NCBI GenBank assembly: GCA_001179505.1
Contig: CDMY01000176.1
Span: 1 to 64,000, forward strand
Length of the DNA: 64,000 bases
Direction of reading: 5' to 3'
Origin: Vitrella brassicaformis CCMP3155
Taxonomy: Eukaryota; Protista; Chromerida
The notes beneath the pieces were generated by a model. It searched no databases. It had not been told where the DNA came from and worked only from the letters and a program-made list of their open reading frames with translations. Position numbers and translations under genes: made by a program. This document shows positions 11,555-23,157 of the stretch, one piece after another (the first letter of the stretch is position 1; every line of letters starts with the position of its first letter).

Positions 11555-13920
11555 CTGCTCATGGCCCTTTCTGTCCCTGCCTGCTTTCAGCTGTCATCGT
11601 TGTCTACATTTTATATCTGACGGCGATTGTCTTCATTGCAATGCCCCGCACACCAACAGGACACGTAGGCAAAGCAATGAGCAACACGGGCAAGGGAAGT
11701 CTGTGTGTGCCTTCCACGTATCATTCAGACGCGACACCGTCATCGGGTCACTTTCGCTTAATCTGGGCCACCTGAGACCCAATCGTCGTGGATGAGATGG
11801 CAAAGTGCGTGTATGCTTGTCTGTCTGCTATGTGTCTCCCCATTCATCAGACGGTGTTGCCGTGAGTAAGAGCACCCTCAGCCAACTCACGAGTAAGCAA
11901 ACATCCATCCGACTCACTGTGAGAATCACTGTCATCTTTTTGTCACAGCAGTCCATTGGAAGTTGGTGTGAACGCACCAGCACCTGCTGTGGACGACACC
12001 GATGAGCAGGAGAACAAGGACAAGGGAAAAGGGGCAGTTGTGAGCAGAATGGGCAACCTTTGCCCGAATGGTGATGTGTGGGGGCGGTGGGAGTGGTGCT
12101 GCTGCCTCGGAAGGCAGAAGCCCTCCCCGCCCTTGTGGGCCGACAGATCAGCCCCAGCAAGGACCATGTGAGCAGCAGGAAGAGGAGGAGGTCGGTGGGG
12201 AGAGGGGCGACGACTGTGACGAGTCGCGTGGGGTGCTGGGCGGCGGGGTGCGTGAGGGTGGGTTGTCGCTGGTGCAGCCAAGAGGCCACCTGTACCTGTC
12301 GTCGCCTGGGGACCAGGTGAGAGGGGACGGGACGAATCATGACAGACAGACAGACAGTCAGAGAGCTGTGGTCGATCGCTGCATCGCATCGATGGATGTG
12401 TGTCCTTTTTTCTGTCTGTCTGTCTCTGTCTGGTTCGTTGGTTCGTTGGTCGGTTTGTGTGTCCACGACACGCCCGCAAGGACCCCCCGGGCGAGAGCTA
12501 AGGTGCCACTGCTGGTGCTGGTGGCGGTGGGGCTCGTGTTGATGTTGATGGTGAGAGCGTCGGAAGCGACAAGCCCAAGAGCCCCCCAACTGACACCGAC
12601 GATAAGGTGCGTGCGGACGGGAAACACAACGACGCACATAAGAGCACAGCCCATACACTCACTACACATACAGATGCGCACATCACATCCATCATGTATG
12701 TGCACACATTAATTAATGTGGTCGTATGTGTGTGTGTTCGTTGTGTGCTGTGCTGTGTCACTCAGCGAAGCGTAGCGAGTTGGTGGTGCCTCGTGGGACT
12801 GGCAAAGGACAATCGGCAGCCGAGGGCGGTCACACTGGCGCCGCAAGTGCCGCCGCTTCGGCAGCTGCACCGCCGCCCCCGCCTCCTAGTGCTCCTGTCG
12901 ACAACAAAGCCCTAATCCACAAGGTCAGTGAGTGAGTGAGTGAGTGAATGGGGGATGGAAAAAACAAGAAAGAAAGACCTCACACACACCACACGGAACG
13001 AACCAACAAGCTGTCTCTCACCGTGCGTATGTGCAATGTATGTATGTGTGTATGCAGATTCAGGTTCATGGTAGCACGCCGTCCACGGCTGTCGATCCGG
13101 AGGCGCCCGCCCCCGCCGGCTCCCCCCCAGATGGCCAGCCCTCAGACGACACCCCAGCGGCTGCCTCAACCACTCCTCCACAACGACACGGCCTCCCTCG
13201 CGAGCACAGCCAAGACGACAAGCATGACCGCGCCAGTCTGCTTGGGTTCATTGACGACTGGGCTGCCGAGAAGGGCATGGACACCATCAGACAGGAGCTG
13301 ACCGCCAAGGAGAAGGCCGACATCGCATGGAGAGACACCATGAGCACCCCCCGTCTGCGAGCCATCATCGAGCAGCTACTCGCGGGCGAGAGCACCGGTA
13401 TGCAATGCACACATACACACACCGCCCACCGCACCACCATCTCCCTCGAAATATGGACCTTTCTTGTCCCTTATTTCTCACCCATCACCATCACCAACAG
13501 CAGCAGGGCCGGCTGCAGGTGCAGGGCACAAGGTAGCCGCGAGAAGCACCGGGGCGGATGGCACAGGTACGTAATCCAATTTACGAGGGGGGCAGCAGGC
13601 AGGCAAGCCAGGAGTATGTCGGTACGTATTCTGTGTGTGGAGTGAGTAGACATCTGTTCGTGCTGCGGACATCCATCAGGTGCCAGGAGCCCGTGGAAGA
13701 AGCCGACTGGCACATGGGCAAGTAACGGTGAGTACGGTCCGACTCTCAGTGAAGGTAAGGCGACACGCGAGCAGGGGCCGGGGGATCCGGCTGACCACGC
13801 ATGGCTGTCTGTGTATGTCTCATCAGGCGCCCAGCACACCAACCGAGCTGCTTCCCACGTAGCACACCACACACACACAGGCAGACCCCCACACGCCCCA
13901 CCATCTATCTCATGGCCTTT
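11555..13920 (+). repeat. ~2.4-kb direct segmental duplication, copy 1 (copy 2 at ~19117-21505)
   Basis: Exons and introns are colinear. ORF MEVGVNAPAPAVDDTDEQENKDKGKGAV... occurs at 11956 and 19518 with one residue difference; ORFs 12078-12320 and 19640-19882 are identical. Confidence 0.95.
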
Positions 13921-14345
13921 GTGCATCTCTGTCTCTCTCTCTCTCTCTCTGTGCGTGTGTGCGTGTGTGCGTGTGTGTGGCTGTGCAGGTGGACCACATG
14001 AGGCTTGATTGCGACCCTGGTAACCCTAGCAAGAACTTCGGCAGATGCGAGCGACCACGCACACGCACACGCACACACGCCCACGCGCCTCACCGCCTTG
14101 CTCACTCTGGCTATGTCGAGTTCGACGACCGTCGCGACTTTGAGGAGGCATGGACATCCATCCATCGAGTGGTTCGTGTGTTGGTTGGTCAGTATAAAGG
14201 CCCGTATGGCCTTATCCTCGACAACATCCACTACGAGGCCACCAAACGCGACGTGGAAGTCTTCCTTACACCTTGCAGAGTCAGACAGACAGCACAGCAC
14301 AGCCACCCATACAACCCTCCCTCCCACGCCCACCTTGTCTGTGCA

Positions 14346-14376
<31 letters not shown>

Positions 14377-14996
14377 ATGTGTGTGTGTGTGTGCCGTGTG
14401 TGCGTGTGTGGCTGTGCAGGTGGACCACATGATGTTGGAAGCCGACCATCGCAACCCTGTCAAGAACCTCGGCAGATGTGAGCGACCACACACATGCACA
14501 CACCCCCAGGCGCCTCACCGCCTTATCACATGTCGCGCACACTCAGGTTATGTCGAGTTTGACAACCGTCGCGACTTTGACCGGGCATGGACATTCACAC
14601 ACAATCTTCAATCACACGCAGGCACACACTGCAGGCCTCCATGTGTTTCAGGAGATGCTCGGTCGCAAAATCCGCATCAGCACGGCCGACGAGATGGAGT
14701 ACGCCACCGGCGGCCGACTCGACCCAGCAGCCCCAATCCGTTATAACAACAACACCACTCCCACCAGCAGCACCACACACCTGCTGTGTCTGTCCGATGT
14801 GTGTGTGTGTGTGTGTCAAGTGGGTCGCCCGCCGATGTTGGTGTTGGAGGTAGTGGTGTCGGTGGTGGTGCTGGTGGCGGGTCGAGGGGTGTAGTGGCTG
14901 GTGAGAAGGGCCAGGATGCCACCAACGGTGCGGACGAAGCTGCTGCAGCCAACCAGGTCGGTGTCGTTGTGGGCCGCCCGCCCGTCGTCGTTTAGC
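11950..14996 (+). CDS. Putative chimeric gene or pseudogene: low-complexity exons + unknown WAAEKG domain + RRM
   Basis: Exon 13064-13398 encodes LGFIDDWAAEKGMDTIRQELTAKEKADIAWRDTMSTPRLRAIIEQLL. RRM pieces: LILDNIHYEATKRDVEVFL (RNP2-like, ~14205), GYVEFDNRRDFDRAW (RNP1-like, ~14548), EMLGRKIRIST (~14652). Confidence 0.5.
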
Positions 14997-15699
14997 CACG
15001 TGTGTCTCTGTGTTGCCACAGAAAGGCCCAGCTGCTCATGGCCCTTTCTGTCCCTGCCTGCTTTCAGGTCATCGTTGTCTACATTTTATATTCTGACGGC
15101 GATTGTCTTCATTGCAATGCCCCGCAGACCAACAGGAGACGTAAAGACGTTCGTCTATGGAAAACAGAAATGCACAGAGTCTGTGCATGGGGTGATGATT
15201 GGTGGTTGTGAATGTGTCTCGGTGTGTCTGCAGGCCCACAAGTCGTCTGTCGCCGGTGCGCCCGACGCGAGCGACGGTACGTGTGTCCTCCCACCCATCA
15301 GACGGACACACAGCCAGAAGGCAAAGGGCAGAAGGCAAAGAGAGCCTTTTGTTCTGCTTTCCTGTATGTGTCCACCAGATTTGGAGCGCGCAGCTTCGAT
15401 CGACTTCCTCATCGTCTGGGCGACGGATAAGGAGGACGACTTCATCACACCCCTCCTGACCGACGAGGAGACAGACAACCCCAACTGAATGGAGACGGTG
15501 TCCGTTCCTCGGCTAGAGGCCCTAGTCAACAAGCTGCTGGAGACCGAGGGTACGTATGCCTGCACTCAAAGACACACACATCACTGGAACCAACCCTCGA
15601 ATTCCAATCTCCTGTATGCTATGCCTGCCCGGCAGAGAACGAGAAGCAGTGGTGGTGGTGGGAGCCATCCATCCTTGGTGCAGAAGACCGTGAATCTGG

Positions 15700-16950
15700 A
15701 TGCGGGCATCCCGACCATCGACTGCCTCGCCCTCAACCTCAAGGAAACCAAACCTCAAGCCACAAGGTCGGTCGACACCGACACCGACACCTACCTTACA
15801 CACACACACACACTATCCCCCCCTTCCTCCCTGCCTCCTGGCTGCGCATATCGTTGGCTGGCATCTGTCAATCAGGATGACGGAGGTGCTGCAGCTCGCC
15901 CGTCTGCTGCCGCTCGAGCTGCCGGCACAGATCCCGCCCTCCGCTCTCGGTGGTGGCGAGGAGGCTGACAGCCTGCTCGACAGCCTCCTCGCCTACCGCC
16001 TTAGTGTCGAGGACCGGCTGCGCAAGGACATCGAGGAGCCCCATCCCGTCTCAACCGACGAGGTGAGTGAGTGACGGAGGGCGGTCAGCCAGCCAGGCAG
16101 ACAGGCAGGGAGACGGACAGTTAGGTTGGGAGGAAGGCATTAGTCATGGCCGCCGTAGAGCAGTAGCACGGTAGCTGTGCTGTGTTTTCGCATGTACGCT
16201 TCCACATTCCTTACCCCATCCTCGTCCGTCACCGATTAGGAGGATTTCGACTACTTCAAGTGCGACCAGCGCGGCGATCGCCCCCGCACTGAAGACCAGG
16301 TACGGCACACACACACACCACGTTCTTACATCGAGAGTAGGAGAGGAGATGCGATGCGATGCGTGTATGTTTCCACACGAACCATCCCATTACACACATA
16401 CATGATGGACAGACAGCCGCAGCTGCTGGGCTCACTCGTCATTGTGTGGCGGTGTGGGTGGTTGGTTGGTGTGTGTGTGTGTCGTAGATGAAGAAGGAGG
16501 CCCTTCAGGAGGAGTGGGAGAAACTCGTGCAGTCGTACTTCAAGTATGTCCATCAGACACATACATGCACACACGTGCACACACATCTCATCCGTGTGAT
16601 CTCTGTCCGTGGTGTGATGGGTGCAGGACCATCAAGAAGCTGCGCCAGATCTGTCCGCCTCCCCCACACATCAAGGCCGGCGGCAGCAACAAGAGGGCGG
16701 CGGCCTTGGTGTGCGGGGGAGGGCCTGCCGAGCACACACGCAGCAAGAAGCGCAGATTGTGCGCTGCCACGGTTGACGGTGACGGTTGACGGTGTGTGTG
16801 GTTGGGGTGGGGGAGAACAGACAGACAGACAAACCCAACCTGCCCGCCTCTCTGGCCACCCGCAGCCGCCACCCCTCCCCCACCACCATGAGCAGGACTA
16901 CGACACGGCCGGCCGCCAACAGGTACATTGTAGCTGGGGGTTTGGAGGGA
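15700..16950 (+). pseudogene. Duplicate of the C-terminal exons of the OTU gene (unknown domain), without OTU
   Basis: [28 protein letters not shown] | [16 protein letters not shown]...LLAYRLSVEDRLRKDIEEPHPVSTDE | EDFDYFKCDQR | MKKEALQEEWEKLVQSYFKY | TIKKLRQICPPPPHI parallels the minus-strand exons at 48785-50040. Confidence 0.8.
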
Positions 16951-19511
16951 GGGCCGCACACATCGATCTAACACGAGGATGGGGTGGATGGACAGCTGGG
17001 CCACACTACTCACCTCTCCGTGTGCCGAATGGATGTCTTTGCCTGTCTGTCAGGGGATGAGACGGACGAGGACGGGGAGAGTGAGGGCGAGGGCAAGCCC
17101 GGCGAGCAGCAGCAGCAGCAGCCGCCACAGCAGCCCGCCCAGGTGACACAAAGACGCACAGACAGAGCCCACCGTCTCATGGCCCTTTCTGTCCCTGCCT
17201 GCTTTCAGGTCATCGTTGTCTACATTTTATATTCTGACGGCGATTGTCTTCATTGCAATGCCCCGCAGACCAACAGGAGACGTAAAGACGTTCGTTTATG
17301 TAAAACAGAAATGCACACAGTCTGTGAGTGGGGTGATGATTGGTGGTTGTGAATGTGTGTCGGTGTGTCTGCAGGCCCACAAGTCGTCTGCCGCCGGTGC
17401 GCCTGACGCAAGCGATGGTACGTGTGTCCTCCCACCCATCAGACGGACAAACAGCCAGACAGATGTTTGTCCATCAGATGAGGAGCGCCAGAGTTTGATA
17501 GAGGTTCTCAACGACTGAGCGGCCGAGCACAAGGACGACACCATCACACCCCTGCTCACCCAAGAGGAGGCGGCTGACCCCGACTGGATGGAGACGGTGC
17601 CTGTCCCTCGCCTGCTGGCACTCATCAATCAGCTGCTCGAGGCCGCCGGTACGAATGCCTGCACTCAAAAACACACACATCACGGGAACCAGCCCACGCC
17701 GAGCTCTAATCTCTTGTATGCTATGCCTGTCGAGCAGAGAACAAGAAGCAGAAGGCCGACAAGAAGGAGAAGAAGAGCACCAAGGAGGGCGAGCGTAAGC
17801 AGAGAGAAGCGAAACGGTCATGTAAATGTGAATGGTACGGTGAATGTCGTGTTGCTGTGGATATCAGGGGCGTCGGGCGTGTGGGACCGGGTGGAGCCGC
17901 CAATGTCTGAGGGGCCGACACTGGGCCAAGGTAAGCCCACATTCACACGGCAGGGCGCAGGGAGAGGCGACTCACATCCATCCATCTGTGCGCATGTGAC
18001 CTTCGTGGCTCTCTGTCCTTGCTGTCCCTTCAGGGGGCCGCAAGGTCTCAAAGCGGCAGCAGCGGCAGGTACACAACAATGCGCTCAGCCATACCCCTAC
18101 ACCCCCCCTCATCCCATGGTCCTTGTTTTGTTCTTTCCTGCTCCTCAGGACGCAGAGGGCCACCGGGGGGGCGGGGGAGGGGACAGCAGCCCGGCGAGCC
18201 ACGCCTCGCCAGGCCACCGTGACGGCCGTGGCGGCCGACCTGCTGGGCGTGGCCGAGGTGTGGGGGGCGCTTGGGGTGGGCCTGGCCGACAGTAATCGAA
18301 CGCTTCCATTCTTCTCTCACAGTGAGCGGACACACACACGTCCGCCACACCACGCGCTGCACACGCACATATACATATGTATATCGTCTCATGTATGTAA
18401 TGGTGTGTGTCCTCCTTCTGTGTGCCTCGGTTTTGCTCGTCACATAGACACTCAGGGATTCTGAAGCGCAGACGACCAGACGACAGGTTGGCAGAGACGA
18501 CAGAGACAGACACGACAGGGGATCCCTCAGCACTCCTCTCTCTCCTTTGCCCTTTTCTGCGCTTCTAGGAGAGGGACTCCGCAAAAATCGTTGCCTACAT
18601 TTTATATTCTGATGGCAAGTGGACTCACTCGTTGCGCAGCTGCAGGCCACCAAAGAAGAGGTAGTGGTGTGGCGCGGTCTTCCAGGAGGCTGGTGGACAT
18701 GTCATCACAGAGAGTAGGTCCACGCACTGAAGATGTGCGAGCCACGTGCGTCTGTCCGTGTCTCATCAAGCCGCACGATGGTTGAGGCGTGCTGTTGCTG
18801 TGGACGGCAGAAGCCTCTCCGCCGCCCTCAGGCGACGACAGAGCGGCACCAGCAGCCCCACCAACAGGAGGGAGAAGGCGGCCTCGGGCTGGGGGGTGAG
18901 ATCTAAGACGAGGATGGGGTGGATGGACAGCTGGGCCACGCTACTGACCTCTTCGTGTGTGCTGAATGGATGCCTTTGCGTGTCTGTCAGGGGATGACAC
19001 GGACGAGGACGGTGAGAGTGAGGGCGAGGGCAAGCCCGGCGAGCAGCAGCAGCAGCAGCAGCAGCCGCCACAGCAGCCCGCCCAGGTGACACAAAGACGC
19101 ACAGACAGAGCCCACCGTCTCATGGGCCTTTCTGTCCTTGCCTGCTTTCAGCTGTCATCGTTGTCTACATTTTATATTCTGACGGCGATTGTCTTCATTG
19201 CAATGCCCCGCACACCAACAGGACACGTAGGCAAAGCAATGAGCAATACGGGCAAGGGAAGTCTGTGTGTGCCTTGCAGGTATCATTCAGACGCGACACC
19301 GTCATCGAGTCACTTTCGCTTAATCTGGGCCACCTGAGACCCAATCGTCGTGGATGAGATGGCAAAGTGCGTGTATGCTTGTCTGTCTGCTATGTGTCTC
19401 CCCACTCTTCAGACGGTGTTGCCGTGAGTAAGAACACCCTCAGCCAACTCACGGGTGAGTAAGCATCCATCCGACTCACTGTGAGAACCACTGTCATCTT
19501 TTTGTTACAGC

Positions 19512-22126
19512 AGTCCATTGGAAGTTGGTGTGAACGCACCAGCACCTGCTGTGGACGACACCGATGAGCAGGAGAACAAGGACAAGGGAAAAGGGGCAGT
19601 TGCGAGCAGAATGGGCAACCTTTGCCCGAATGGTGATGTGTGGGGGCGGTGGGAGTGGTGCTGCTGCCTCGGAAGGCAGAAGCCCTCCCCGCCCTTGTGG
19701 GCCGACAGATCAGCCCCAGCAAGGACCATGTGAGCAGCAGGAAGAGGAGGAGGTCGGTGGGGAGAGGGGCGACGACTGTGACGAGTCGCGTGGGGTGCTG
19801 GGCGGCGGGGTGCGTGAGGGTGGGTTGTCGCTGGTGCAGCCAAGAGGCCACCTGTACCTGTCGTCGCCTGGGGACCAGGTGAGAGGGGACTGGACGAATC
19901 ATGACAGACAGACAGACAGTCAGAGAGCTGTGGTCGATCGCTGCACCGCATCGATGGATGTGTGTCCTTTTTTCTGTCTGTCTGTCTGTCTGGTTCGTTG
20001 GTTCGTTGGTCAGTTTGTGTGTCCACCACACGCCCGCAAGAACCCCCCGGGCGAGAGCCAAGGTGCCACTGCTGGTGCTGGTGGCGGTGGGGCTCGTGTT
20101 GATGTTGATGGTGAGAGCGTCGGAAGCGACAAGCCCAAGAGCCCCCCAACTGACACCGACGATAAGGTGCGTGCGGACGGGAAACACAACGACGCACATA
20201 AGAGCACAGCCCATACACTCACTACACATACAGATGCGCACATCACATCCATCATGTATGTGCACACATTAATTAATGTGGTCGTATGTGTGTCTGTTCG
20301 TTGTGTGCTGTGCTGTGTCACTCAGCGAAGCGTAGCGAGTTGGTGGTGCCCCATGCGACTGGCAAAGGACAATCGGCAGCCGAGGGCGGCCACACCGACA
20401 CTGCCGCAAGTGCTGCCGCTTCGGCTTCGTCAGCTGCACCGCCGCCCCCGCCTCCTGGTGCTCCTGTCGACAACAAAGCCCTAATCCACAAGGTCAGTGA
20501 GTGAATGAGTGAATGGGGGGATGGAACGAACAAGAAAGAAAGAGATCACACACACCACACGGACCGAACCAACAAGCTGTCTGTCTCTCACCGTGTGTGC
20601 GTTTGTGCAATGTGTGTATGTGTGTATGTGTGTATGCAGATTCAGGTTCACGGTAGCAAGTCGTCCACTTCTGTCGATCCGGAGGCCCCCGCCCACGCCG
20701 GCTCCCCCCGAGATGGCCAGCCGTCCGACGACACCCCAGCGGCGCCCTCACCCATCCCTCCACTCCACGGCGACATGACCTCCCTCGGGAGCACAACAAG
20801 GACGACCACCATGACCGTCTCAGTCTGCTTGGGTTCATCGACGACTGGGCTGCCGAGAAGGGCATGGACACCATCAGACAGAAGCTCACCGCCGAGGAGA
20901 CCGCCGATACCGACTGGCGAGACACCATCAGCACCCCCCGTCTGCGAGCCATAATTGAGCAGCTACTCGAGGGCGAGAGCACCGGTATGCAATGCACACA
21001 TACACACACCGCCCACCGCACCGCCATCTCCCTCCAAATGTGGACCTTTCTTGTCCCTCATTTCTCACCCATCACCAACAGCAGGGCCGGCTGCAGGGCA
21101 CAAGGTAGCCACGAGAAGCACCCGGGCGGATGGCACAGGTACATAATCCAATCCACGAGGGGGCAGCAGGCAGGCAAGCCAGGACTATGTCGGTACGTAT
21201 TCTGTGTGTGGAGTGAGTGGACATCTGTTCGTTCTCCTGGCTGCGGACATCCATCAGGTGCCAGCAGCCCTTGCAAGAACAAGCCGACTGGCACATGGAC
21301 AAGTAGCAGCCAGTACATGTACGGTCCGACTCTCAGTGAAGGTAAGGCGACACGCGAGCAGGGCCGGGGGATCCGGCTGACCACGCATGGCTGTCTGTGT
21401 TTGGTCTCATCAGGCGCCCAGCAGCAGAAACAGCCAGCACACGTAGCACACCACACGCACACACAGGCAGACCCCCACACGCCCCACCATCAATCTCATG
21501 GCCTTTCTCTGCGTGTTGTCCTTCAGCACGGTGGTTGGGCCGTCAACCAGGGCGGCGGCGGGGGAGGTGTGAGGGCGCATCCCCACGGCCATGGGCGTGG
21601 CGGTCCCGAGTGGAGGAAGCTGTCCGACCATGGCATCGGCGTCGCCCCGACGGTGGTGCAGGGGTCCATCGAGCCGTCCCAGTGGCTCTACTGCTCGGCC
21701 GCGCCGCCCACATCGACACATCTAGCGAGGAGGACTGCGACAAGCTTCTTGAAGCGCCTGAACGCCGCTGTCAAGTGCCACATCCCGAGCGGCAAAGTGC
21801 TGGATATCGAGCGGCCCGCAGCCATCCACAAGAGCCCCACGCCGCCACGCTTCATCTTCATCAAGATGGACTCGACCGCCACCGCCGAGGCCTTCCTGCG
21901 CCTGGAGGCCACTGCCAGCACCAAGGGCCCAGCCCCGCTCCACAAGCGGGGGGCTGACAGCAAGCCGGCCGGCAAGTCGTCGGCCTATGCCGCCGTACTC
22001 TCGCCGTACGGACGGCTGGAGTGGCGAGACCTGAAGCGGATGAAGGGGCGCAGCGGGCCGTCGGGGAGGGGCGAGGGGAGCTCCTCAGCGAGCCCTTCCT
22101 CAGCAGGCCACCGTGGCGGGCGGTGA
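19512..22126 (+). CDS. Putative chimeric gene: 5' exons as in the 11950 copy + WAAEKG domain + divergent RRM-like terminal exon
   Basis: Terminal exon (~21526-22126) has WLYCSAAPP...FLKRLNAAVKCHIPSGKVLDIE...PRFIFIKMDSTATAEAFLRL...YGRLEWRDLK, a beta-alpha-beta-beta-alpha-beta pattern like U2AF65-type RRMs. ORF 20864-22126 is open. Confidence 0.5.
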
Positions 22127-23157
22127 TAGTGCAGTTGGGGTGGCGGGACGGCTGTGTGTGTGGGGGGGGGTTAAGGGCTCCACTCCCCGGACGGAGGCCA
22201 CTTGCTTGTCGGTTTCTGCGGGCGGGGCGAGTGAGCGGTTGGGTATGTGTTGGTGTGGTGTGTGGCGGTGGTGGCGTGTACACATGCATACGTGTGTGCA
22301 TGGGCAAGGGCGACACACACACACCAGCACACAGGAGGGGAAGTTGTTGCTGCTCGCCATCCACATACACCGATCGTATCTCTCTCTCGCACACTCACAC
22401 ACTGTCGCCCTCTCTCGGCCGTCACGTTTTCGCCTGCGTGTGCTGTGTGTGCATCATTCCTTCCACCTCATTCATGCCTGCCTGCCTGCCTGCCTGTGAT
22501 CTATCGCCTTGAGTGAGCGTGAAGCTCTGTTTGAGCTGGCTGGCTGGATGCACTATGACAGCCACACACACTGGATTCACCACACACTCTGGTCGATGGG
22601 ATGAGACGCGTGTGTGTGTGTGTGTGTGGGCTCTGTGGCGGGCGTGTTGTGGCGCCCCTTTTGCAGCGAGTCGACGAAGCGGCGTCGACGAAGCGGCTGA
22701 TGTGGGTGCAGGCGGCTTATCGTGTCCGCCCGTATCGTTGTCTACATTTTATATTGGTGGTGAGTGTATTATTCATCATCGCGCGAGACCAGTAAGTCAG
22801 TGTTGCATCTTTCAGCAGGACAACTGCTACATGTTGGACAAACAGCTTTGTTCAAAATACAAATGTTTGTCAGCTGCCATGTAGAGCGTCTCTTCTCTCT
22901 CTACCTGTCCCATCGTGACTAACCGTGTGTGTATCGCAGCTACGGTGGGTGCTCCGTCTGCCATGCAACCACTTCCATCTATCTGTCTCCTGTCTGGTGG
23001 TCACATGGCAGTGGACACCACTACCAAACCCCCTCCCCTCCCCGGCACTAGTCCAAACTCACACGTGATGAATCATCCTTCAAACACTACAAAAACGACC
23101 CACCCATCCCCCACCTATCTATCTCGTGTCTCCCTCCCTTTCTGGTCCGCCCCCTTT

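Noticed and set aside
9123-22900. CRISPR-like array or autonomous transposon as the cause of the repeats
   Set aside because: Repeats are hundreds to thousands of bp with introns and have no regular spacers. No transposase, RT, integrase or Rep/helicase motifs were seen, and no convincing TIRs, LTRs or TSDs were identified by eye.
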